56,971 nucleotides of DNA, from assembly GCA_002269645.1 (NCBI GenBank), contig NIVC01000549.1:1-56971 (forward strand), in the 5' to 3' direction. Under the pieces are notes generated by a model that was not told the origin of the DNA, did not search any database, and saw only the letters and a list, made by a program, of their open reading frames with translations. Of the stretch, positions 47,166-56,971 are shown in pieces. The first letter of the stretch is position 1, and every line of letters begins with the position of its first letter. This stretch comes from Macrostomum lignano (Eukaryota). Made by a program: the position numbers and the translations under genes.

Positions 47166-48009
47166 CCCTCTTTCCTACGGTATAGTAGCATTAAACTGTG
47201 TGTAAAACCTGCATTCAGCCGACAGTTGTCTGAGGAGTTGCTATGCTCTAGACTTTGACTGTGGGTCTCCCATGGCTGCACTCCAAATGCTTTGCCGGCG
47301 AGCGCAGGGGTTCGCACAATACAGCTAGACAATGGCTGGAATTTCTAAATTGTCATTTCTTTCCTACTCCAGTTTTTAAGTCTCTCTGGCCAGCTGAACT
47401 AAGAATATGAGTATAGGGAGACACAGCAGCAGAGGACAGACCCTATACTAAAAGAGCATTCAGTTGTTGAAGTAGCTAAACTGTCCAGGGGTTGAGTCTT
47501 GTGATCTACTACAGCTAAAAAGTAGGTACACAATCTTACGCTCTTAAACATCCACTATAATAAGCGTATTTATTATGTAAAATATTGTAAAAAATGAATA
47601 CAAATTATAACAAACATTAACAAACAGTTTGCTATATTTTATTAGTTGATTAATTTACTTAGAAAAAAGCTATATTAAATATAATTAGCACATTGTCAGC
47701 TGAAGATATTCAATGCTTACAATTGCAGATTAAATGTCACTATAATAGTTTGGCAAATATAATATTAAAGGGGACATACTGTGAAAACTAACATATATGA
47801 ATATAATTCCAAGTTGCAGAGGGCAAGTCTGGGAGAGAGGTGGAAGAGAAAAATGGAATTAGCTTGTAGATGCAGATATAGGGACAACAGGTAGATTACT
47901 GTAGATAGGGATAGGTAGGAGTGGATATAGATATAGAGAGGGTAAAGTGTAGAGTATAGTTAACTGGATAGGGGTAGTAAGGGTAGAGATAGGGAAATAA
48001 GGCAATATA

Positions 48010-48445
48010 TTGGGGTAGAGTGGGTAGATAAGGTAGAAGATGAGGTAGAGTGGGTAGATAGGGTAGAAGATGGAGTAGAGTGGGTAGATAGGGTAGAAGA
48101 TGGGGTAGAGTGGGTAGATAGGGTAGAAGATGGAGTAGAGTGGGTAGATAGGGTAGAAGATGGGGTAGAATGGGTAGATATGGTAGAAGATGGGGTAGAG
48201 TGGGTAGATATGGTAGAAGATGGGGTAGAGTGGGTAGATAGGGTAGAAGATGGGGTAGAGTGGGTAGATAGGGTAGAAGATGGGGTAGAGTGGGTAGATA
48301 GGGTAGAAGATGGAGTAGAGTGGGTAGATAGGGTAGAAGATGGAGTAGAGTGGGTAGATAGGGTAGAAGATGGAGTAGAGTGGGTAGATAGGGTAGAAGA
48401 TGGGGTAGAGTGGGTAGATAGGGTAGAAGATGGGGTAGAATGGGG
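48010..48445. repeat. 30-bp purine-rich minisatellite GGGTAGAAGATGGGGTAGAGTGGGTAGATA, about 14 copies
   Basis: Direct tandem units. Confidence 0.96.
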
Positions 48446-49389
48446 GAGAGGGGCAGGCAGAGAGGAGTACAAATAATTATTACGCCTAAATTCGATTAGA
48501 TACGATTAAAGACAAGTTCGGATTGAAATTAGGCCAGAAGAGACATGAAAGTGCACAATGTACTTTTATTCGAATACTATTCAGTTATCGTGCATGTACA
48601 GTAAAGGAAGCACAGATACAAAGGGGCTGGATCTTATTATAATAAATAATAATAATAATAATAAAAATTATAATAATAACAAGTAAAGCTCTGTTAAAAA
48701 CAATTAACAAAAATATCTATAATAAATATAATAAACAATTGAAAGCAACGTCAATTGATCAATCAATCAATTTCTAATAGAAACCGATAACTGCAGCTAG
48801 CAAAAGTTTATCTGCACACACTTGAGGGTTTTTGTAAAACTAACTGAATTTGTCAATTAAAAACAATGGAAGAGAAATACTTCGGTCAAATTGAATAAAA
48901 AACAAATAAAATAACAACATTTCCGCATAATCTACTAACAGTAGAAAAGTAGTTGAGAAAAAAACCGCATATTTTTTGTACTTTTATTGAAAACAATTAT
49001 AAAATCGACAGACATGTCTGCATGACAAAACAAACAAACGCACACAATGAAAATTTGCTGAAAGAAAGCCAATATGCCTATCTTTATAAAAATTAACCAA
49101 AATATTATAATCAGGTAGTAGGAAATAGCAGTCGATATTTTACTAAACTAACGAAGTTTCAGGAGTAGCCGAAGTTATTGGCTGACCAAAAATTGGGAAT
49201 CTTCGGCATTGCACATGCGTTCTATAGGGTTAATGAGTACATACTTAAAGCGAAAAAAAACATTTAATAAGCTCTTTAAGAAACAGTTGTTTATGAATTT
49301 ACGAGAAAATCTATTTCAGGACACTAACAGAAGCATACTAGATCCGTTAGACTGTCTCTGTAGATAATCCTATAGGATTCACCATATTT

Positions 49390-49720
49390 TGGTGAATAGC
49401 TGGGGAATTACATGGGAAATCCTTAAGAAATACATAGGGAACTGTATGGGGGACTTTTGGAGAATCTACAAGGGAACTGGATGGGAAATCCTTAGGGAAT
49501 CTCTGGGGAATTCTTGGGGAATCTGCAGTAAATTGTATGGGAAATCCTTAGAGAATCCCTGGGGAATTGCACGGGGGAATTCTTGGGGAATCTACAGGGG
49601 AATTGTACGAGGAATCCTTAGGAAGTCCCTATGTAATTGCATGAGAAATCCTTTGGGGAATCCCATGGAAGATATTCAGGGATATTCCTAGAAAAAATTC
49701 CAATGGGAAATCAGCTTTAG
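49390..49720. repeat. Degenerate GGGAATC/GGGAAATCC repeat region downstream of the GBA2 stop
   Basis: Recurrent GGGAAT / GGAAATCC words without clean periodicity. Confidence 0.6.
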
Positions 49721-49865
49721 GAGAATACCTAAAATAATCGATACTATTTTTCTATTAAATATTCTTTAAATTGTTAGAAAAAACAAAAATATCAAAAAAC
49801 TATATAAAAACACACAGCGTCGCTGTCAGTAGTTACTACTTGCCTAACCACAAGTCAGTAGTAAA

Positions 49866-52800
49866 TTACGATGAAGATTTCCTAGCCGACCTAAGCAGAG
49901 CCCACACGCACAGCGGTCGCATATAGCCTAACGAGCGGAACCGCCTATCGGAGAAGATCGCCTCCGGCGTCTGATAAGCCAGCCCGAAATCGTTCCACAC
50001 GGTTTCGTAGGTGCCGGCGGCGCAGGACCAGGCCTGCTCAGCGAGTCCGGACTCTAGCATAAGCGAGGCGACGCCATAAGATACGCCAATCCAGGATTCT
50101 TCAGCTTGAATTGAGCGCAGCTCCGGTCCTAGCGGATTCTTTAATCGACCGCCGTTAAATAGGCCCATCTGACCGTTGAAGCCCTGTGGAGTAGTACAGA
50201 TTGAGACTTGCGGCTTAGCTATAGACTGGTGGGAATCTTAGATTCATAGTGTTAGCCCCACTGTTGCCTGCTGTCACGTGACTGCTTCCCATTAATAGCA
50301 ACTTACAGTATACGCGTTGTGGATCTGGAACTTTGAGGTATTCTAGGACTCCAGTTGTCACTCACGTGAGGGGCGGACAGAGAGAAGAAAAGATGGGGGG
50401 CGAGGGGCGGAGGAATATGGGGAGAGGGTGGAGAGGGGAGAGGGCGGAGAGGGGAGAGGGCGGAGGGGAGAGGGTGGAAAAGGGAGAGGGCGGAGAAAGG
50501 AGAGGGCGGAGAGGGGAGAGGGTGGAGAGGGGAGAGAGCGGAGGGAGAGAGCGGAGAAGGGAGAGGGCGGAGAGGGGAGAGGGCGGAGATCGGGAAGAGG
50601 GCGGAGAGGGGTGAGGGCGGAGAGGGGAGAGGGCGGAGAGGGGAGAAGGCGGAGAAGGGAGAGGGCGGAGAAGGGAGAGGGCGGAGGGAGAGGGCGGAGG
50701 GGAGAGGTGAAGAAGGGAGGGGATATGGCAGAGATTATAAAAACATGCGCAGCAAATACTTAAATGAATCCAGTCAATTCAAAGCATCACCTGAGCCAGA
50801 CAGTTGCACCTGTAGACAGTTTCCATAGTAACCCGGACAAACTGTTCCGGCAGTAGCGGATCTTGCTCGCCAACTGTGGCAGCCTGATCTTGCTGGGAAG
50901 TTTTAAGCATCCAATAGCCAAACAGCTGGTCGGACATGACCGTGTCGTTAAATCGGCCGCCAGTATCGAAGCGGAACTGCTGGCCAGTCCACAGCTTATC
51001 CAGGTAGCTGGCCCGAGCTTTATCCGCTAATAGGCGCCATTCGTTGGCGCTGGCTCTGTCCGCCGAGGCGACAGCTGACATTTCGGCAGTGGCTCGCAGG
51101 GCGGCCAACCAGAGGCCGGCGCAGTAGGCCGACACGCCCGTCATTGGCCAGGCGTCGTAGGTCTGATCAGCGTAGCCTTGATGGGGGTAGATTGAATCTC
51201 ATACATGCTTGATTTGTAAGAAAGGAGAAATTGATTCTGGGATTCTAGGGTGAGATTCTGAGATTATATGGTGAGATTCTGAGATTCTAGGGTGAGATTC
51301 TGGAATTCTGGGATTCTAGGGTGAGATTCTGGGATTATAGGGTGAGATTCTGGGATTCTAGGGTGCGATTCTGAGATTATAGGGTGAGCTTCTGGGATTC
51401 TAGGGTGAGATTCTGAGATTCTAGGGTGAGATTCTGGGATTCTAGGGTGAGATTCTGAGATTATAGGGTGAGATTCTGGGATTCTAGGGTGAGATACTGA
51501 GATTCTAGGGTGAGATTCTGGGATTCTAGGGTGAGATTCTGGGATTCTAGAGTGAGATTCTGGGATTCTAGGGTGAGATTCTGAGATTCTAGGGTGAGAT
51601 TCTGGGATTCTAGGGTGAGATTATTCTTGGATTTTAGGGTGATATTCTGGGATTCTGGGGTGAGATTCTGGGATTCTTGGGTGAGATGATTCTGGGATTG
51701 TAGGTTAAGATTCTGAGATCCTAGGGCGTGATTCTGAGATGCTAACGGTGAGATCCTGAGATTTTAGGGTGGGATTGTTGGATTTCAGGGTAAAATTCTG
51801 CGATTTTAAAGATTCTAGGATTCTGTGATGGGGGATTTAAGGGATTTTAGGGCAAGTTTTAGAAGTTGTGCTTGAGCATGAGAATAAGGATTTGGATGGG
51901 ATTGTGATTACAGAGTTCGGATATGCTCATTCAGGATGGGTTACAAGGAAGATGGCGAGGAATCTACCTATATAAATGGGAGTATAGTTACTCCTGCTGT
52001 TTACCCAGGTAACTCTGGGTCTTAGTCTTGATCACTTACCGGTATTCTCAACCAATCCATCATTGTCAGTGTCCCACTGTAGGCAGCGTCGCATCAGGCC
52101 CTCAACAATGGGCATCATATCGGCCAAATACTCGGTATTGTGCTCGGGCAGAAGCTTCCAATCCCGGTAGACGCTAAGTACAAATTTGGGATTCAAATCG
52201 CGCCAATCGTCGCTGCACATCATGATGTAGCTGTTGACTCGGATGAATGGCTCGTCCTCTGCACGCAGGGTTGGAATAAATGACAATGGGGAATTTATTC
52301 CAATATGCGGAATAAATGACAATGGGGATTTGGGATTCCAGAACAGGGATTTGGGATTCGAACGAGGATTTGTGATTCTAGAGTGGGGATTTTTGATTCT
52401 AGAATGGGGATCTGTGATTCTAGAATGGAGATTTGGATTCTAGAATTGGGATTTGGGATTCTAGAATGATGATTTGGGATCTGATTCTAGAATGATTATT
52501 TGGGATCTGATTCTAGAATGATGATTTGGAATCTGATTCGAGAATGGGGTTTTGGGATTCTAGAATTGGGATTGGGATTTTAGAATAGGGATTTGGGATG
52601 CTAGAATGGGGATTTGGGATGCTAGAATGGGGATTTAATACTCTAGAATGGGGATTTAGGATTCTAGAATGGGGATTTGCGATTCTAGGATGATAATTTG
52701 GGATCTGATTCGAGAATGGGGTTTTGGGATCTGATTCGAGAATGGGGTTTTGGGATCTGATTCGAGAATGGGGTTTTGGGATTCTAGAATTGGGATTGGA

Positions 52801-53305
52801 ATTTTAGAATAGGAATTTGGGATGCTAGAATGGGGATTTGCGATGCTAGATTGGGGATTTAGGATTCTAGAATGGGGATTTGGGATTCTAGAACAGGGAT
52901 TTAGGATTCTATAACAGGGATATGGTATTCTAGAATAGGGATTTGGGATGCTTGAATTGGGGATTTGGGATTCTAGAATAGGGATTTGGGATTTTATACT
53001 GTGGATTTGGGATTCTAGACTGGGGATTTGGGAATAAAATCCCGCTAAGCTGGGACCATAGAAAAAATGGTCCCAACCTGGATCGCCTAAATCGTGAGGC
53101 AGACACATGCGCTGATTCCGTCCGGTTCGAACATTAGTAACCAGCCAGTGCACTTTGGTCTGGTCTTCATCCACCGCCGCTTTGGCTGAAATGAAGTGTT
53201 ACAAAAAGAACCGTTTTAAGCAAGTCGAAACCGCTCAATAATACTCGTATTTAAGCTTTATACTGCTTTAATATAATAATTAACTCACAACTAACTGACT
53301 AACTC

Positions 53306-53344
<39 letters not shown>

Positions 53345-53365
53345 GACTAACTAACTGACTGACTG

Positions 53366-53396
<31 letters not shown>

Positions 53397-53481
53397 GACT
53401 AACTGACTAACTAACTAACTGACTGACTGACTAACTAACTGACTAACTAACTAACTGACTAACTGACTGACTGACTAACTG

Positions 53482-53512
<31 letters not shown>

Positions 53513-53589
53513 GACTAACTGACTGACTAACTAACTGACTAACTAACTAACTGACTAACTAACTAACTGACTGACTGACTGACTAACTG

Positions 53590-53632
<43 letters not shown>

Positions 53633-55274
53633 GACTAACTAACTGACTGACTAACTAACTAACTTACTATAAAACAGAATACTTACCAAAATCGTACTGG
53701 ATAGCGATCTGCAATTTGGGGAAATTCTCCAAAAACGCCCAGGAAGCGTAGGTGTGCACGTCGTAAGTGGAAAACATGCGATACTCGTGACCCTCCAAGT
53801 AGGCAAACAGGCCCATTTCGGCTTTCACAGGGCAGCGCCATCGGCCATCCTGACTGTGCCAGTCGTTGGTGTCGCCTCCGTCTAGCCAGATGCTGCCGGA
53901 ATCGCTGAGGTAATAGCTCTCATTAAACACGGCCGATTTGAACCAATCGGGCAGGCGGGAATCATTCAGCACGCTATTGTGCCAATTGCTAATCGATTCG
54001 AGCCAATTTGGTAGGCGATTGAATGAGTAACGAATCAGAGCTATGGTGGCCTCTGATTGGCTGCCGTTGAACCAGCGAGTGTGACGCCTTGAAATTGGGT
54101 TTCAGGCATTTGCTGTATTAATTTAGGGCAATATAGAAAACATTTTTAGCTGACTTTCCATTATATTGGGATTTGCACAGGGATTTGCGCAGGCATGGAA
54201 TTTGAGAATTTTGAGGATATTCACCTAGTCCTTCGGAATTTGCGATCTGGTGTTTGGGATCCGGGATTTAGGAATTGGAATTTGCGATTTGAGATCTGAG
54301 ATTAGAGGTCCTAGATTTTGGATCTGGGATTAGGGACCTATTGGGGATCTGGGATTGGGGATCTGGGATTGGGGATCTGGGATTGGGGATCTGGGGAGTT
54401 CGGACTCTGTGATTGGGGATCTGGGTTTAGGGACCTTGGATTGGATATCTGGGATTGGGGATCTGGGATTGGGGATCTAGGAGTGGGGATCTGGGATTGG
54501 GGATCTAGGAGTGGGGATCTGGGATTGGGATCTGGGATTCGGGATCTGGGATTGGGGATCTGGGATATGGATCTGGGATGGGGATCTGGGATTGGGGATC
54601 TGGGATTGGGGATCTCTGGGATCTGGGATTGGGGATCTGGGATATGGGATCTGGGATTGGGGATCTGGGATTGGGGATCTGGGATTGGGGATCTGGGATT
54701 AGGAATCTGGGATTGGGGATCTGGGATTGGGGATCTGGGATTAAGAATCTGGGATTGGGAATCTAGGATTAGGGATCTGGGATTGGGGATCTGGGATTAG
54801 GAATCTGGGATTGGGGATCTAAGACTGAAGATCCGAAATTGGGATCTCGGATTTGGGATAAAATGTGTAACTTATGGAAAAATGTGGGGTTGGTGAGGAG
54901 TATTTCAGATATCCATGACTTGGCATGTATCCATGATATCCATGAACTTCAATATCAAGCAACGAGAACCCTCACCGAGTGTACAGCTGCTCCCCGGAGC
55001 GGAACCGAACATTGGGCAGATGCCAGGCCAGACAGAATTTAGCGGAATCCACCGAAGATCGAGCCGGCACTCGACTAGAAACGCACACGGCAGTGGCAAC
55101 CTCCTCGCCAGACTTGGTGGCAGTTCCGGCGAATAATTTAGCCTCAGACTCCGATGAAGCAGCCGTTGGTGGCCATTTAATTAGGCGGCCAGTGTTGATC
55201 AGAGACGACCAAAGCCGATTCGCTAAGCTGGGATTCGTTGACGGGTCGAAGCGAGGCCAGATGGTTACGGATGA
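49866..55274 (-). CDS. GBA2: Non-lysosomal glucosylceramidase (GH116), 3' portion. Exons 55274-54976, 54087-53687, 53185-53078, 52258-52040, 51176-50791, 50183-49866; 5' exons lie beyond the window
   Basis: LPDWFKSAVFNE, AYLEGHEYRMFSTYDVHTYAS (nucleophile Glu region), LPHDLGDP, DWRDLNPKFVL.VYRD, GYADQTYDAW (acid/base Asp region) and QTPEA...FRSLGYMRPL.VW. All joins are phase-consistent GT-AG. Confidence 0.95.
50390..50720. repeat. About 16-bp polypurine repeat GGAGAGGGCGGAGAGG in the last GBA2 intron
   Basis: GA-rich tandem units. Confidence 0.92.
51235..51800. repeat. 21-bp minisatellite GGGATTCTAGGGTGAGATTCT, GBA2 intron
   Basis: Tandem units that decay toward 51800. Confidence 0.94.
52320..53035. 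repeat. About 21-bp degenerate minisatellite CTAGAATGGGGATTTGGGATT, GBA2 intron
   Basis: Tandem variant units. Confidence 0.9.
53285..53665. repeat. (CTAA/CTGA)n microsatellite, GBA2 intron
   Basis: Same array type as ADPRH intron 1. Confidence 0.97.
54300..54830. repeat. 14-bp minisatellite CTGGGATTGGGGAT, GBA2 intron
   Basis: Tandem units. Confidence 0.94.
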
Positions 55275-55429
55275 CTGCAGTTCAGGTAAAGGAATTCACA
55301 TATGCGTATTATGCTACTTAAAGTAACATGGAAAAGTAGTTAGCAAGACATTTTATTACTGTGAACCCAATTGATTATGATTGAAAGATGACTTTACTCA
55401 AAACACGATAAAGGATTTCAGAAATGGGA

Positions 55430-56832
55430 TTTAAGAGTAGGATTTGAGATTGGCAGGTAGGCATTAGAGATCCTGGAATTTGGATTTGGAATATGGGATT
55501 TGAGACTGGCCAAAGGGCATTATAGAACTTGGAATTGGGATTTGGAATATGGGATTTGAGACTGGCCGAAAGGCATTATAGAACTTGGAATTGGGATTTG
55601 GGATTTTCGAGACTAGCCGAAAGGCATTAGAGATCCCGAAATTGGGATTTGGGATTTGGAATTGGCAGATAGACACCAGAAATCTTGAAATTAGGATTTG
55701 GAATTGGCAGATAGACACCAGATATCTTGAAATTGGGATTTGGGATTTGAGATTGGCCGATAGACACCAGATATCTTGAAATTGGGATTTGGAATTGGCA
55801 GATAGACACCGGAAATCTTGAAATTGGGATTTGGAATTGGCAGATAGACACCGGAAATCTTGAAATTGGGATTTGGAATTGGCCGATAGACACCAGAAAT
55901 CTTGAAATTGGGATTTGGAATTGGCCGATAGACACCAGATATCTTGAAATTGGGATTTGGAATTGGCAGATAGACACCAGAAATCTTGAAATTAGGATTT
56001 GGAATTGGCAGATAGACACCAGATATCTTGAAATTGGGATTTGGAATTGGCCGATAGACACCGGAAATCTTGAAATTGGGATTTGGAATTGGCAGATAGA
56101 CACCGGAAATCTTGAAATTGGGATTTGGAATTGGCAGATAGACACCGGAAATCTTGAAATTGGGATTTGGAATTGGCCGATAGACACCAGAAATCTTGAA
56201 ATTGGGATTTGGAATTGGCCGATAGACCCCAGATATCTTGAAATTGGGATTTGGAATTGGAAGATAGACACCAGAAATCTTGAAATTGGGATTTGGAATT
56301 GGCAGATAGACACCAGATATCTTGAAATTGGGATTTGGAATTGGCCGATAGACACCGGAAATCTTGAAATTAGGATTTGGAATTGGCAGATAGACACCGG
56401 AAATCTTGAAATTGGGATTTGGAATTGGCAGATAGACACCGGAAATCTTGAAATTGGGATTTGGAATTGGCGGATAGACACCAGAAATCTTGAAATTGGG
56501 ATTTGGAATTGGCCGATAGACACCGGAAATCTTGAAATTGGGATTTGGAATTGGCCGATAGACACCAGAAATCTTGAAATTGGGATTTGGAATTGGCCGA
56601 TAGACACCGGAAATCTTGAAATTGGGATTTGGAATTGGCCGATAGACACCAGAAATCTTGAAATTGGGATTTGGAATTGGCCGATAGACACCAGATATCT
56701 TGAAATTGGGATTTGGAATTGGCAGATAGACACCAGATATCTTGAAATTGGGATTTGGAATTGGCAGATAGACACCAGATATCTTGAAATTGGGATTTGG
56801 AATTGGCAGATAGACACCAGATATCTTGAAAT
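55430..56832. repeat. 42-bp minisatellite TAGACACCAGAAATCTTGAAATTGGGATTTGGAATTGGCCGA, about 28 copies from 55640, preceded by about three copies of a related longer unit; GBA2 intron
   Basis: Direct tandem units; 14-aa periodic ORF 55627-56817. Confidence 0.96.
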
Positions 56833-56844
56833 TGGGATTTGAGA

Positions 56845-56971
56845 AAGGAATTCCTATATACTAAAATGTGATGTGATGTCGATATATATATATATGTGAT
56901 AGATTAGAGAAAAAATGGCTGGACCGATTTTGTTCGAACTTGCACTGTTCGATCAGAAATTTTCCCGTGAC
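56845..56971 (+). mobile_element. Possible 5' end of a non-autonomous Helitron-like element
   Basis: TCCTATATACTAAAATG...AAATGGCTGGACCGATTTTGTTCGAACTT resembles the 5' motif of invertebrate Helitron-derived repeats as I remember it. It is truncated by the window end, and the canonical A|TC junction is not exact. Confidence 0.35.

Noticed and set aside
34729-56817. Repeat-peptide ORFs such as 35386-35805, 43158-44072, 46403-47185, 47960-48472, 54318-54800 and 55627-56817
   Set aside because: Same artefact: arrays lacking stops in one or more frames, with no unique domain or supporting splice structure.
51235-56832. GGGATT as a telomere-related repeat
   Set aside because: It is the mirror image of TTAGGG, not its reverse complement, so no templating relationship follows.

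Overview
This is intron-rich metazoan genomic DNA, not prokaryotic. GC-rich, Ala/Gln-rich exons, AT-rich spacers and minisatellite-stuffed introns resemble the flatworm Macrostomum, but that is an inference and the species cannot be proven from this window. I reconstructed eight genes by hand from GT-AG splice sites and phase continuity: an unknown KH-like protein (-), a 1589-aa AT-hook low-complexity protein (-), WIP/verprolin (+), centlein-like (+, 10 exons), ADPRH/ARH1 (-, 6 exons), LSM11-like (-), a FAAH-like protein lacking the amidase catalytic motifs (-) and the 3' part of GBA2 (-). Mobile DNA includes an RTE-type LINE remnant, a TA-flanked MITE, an 847-bp solo LTR inserted into a minisatellite, a CORE-SINE fragment, a tRNA-like SINE head and a possible Helitron 5' end. 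The most striking pattern is that all 23 predicted introns longer than 300 bp carry a tandem array, mostly with a private unit, while the four introns of 198 bp or less carry none. Arrays cover roughly a third of the window, and some families recur in different genes in the same sense orientation. Most long ORFs in the supplied track are artefacts of these arrays. Family assignments come from remembered motifs, not database searches, and array boundaries and copy numbers are approximate hand counts.
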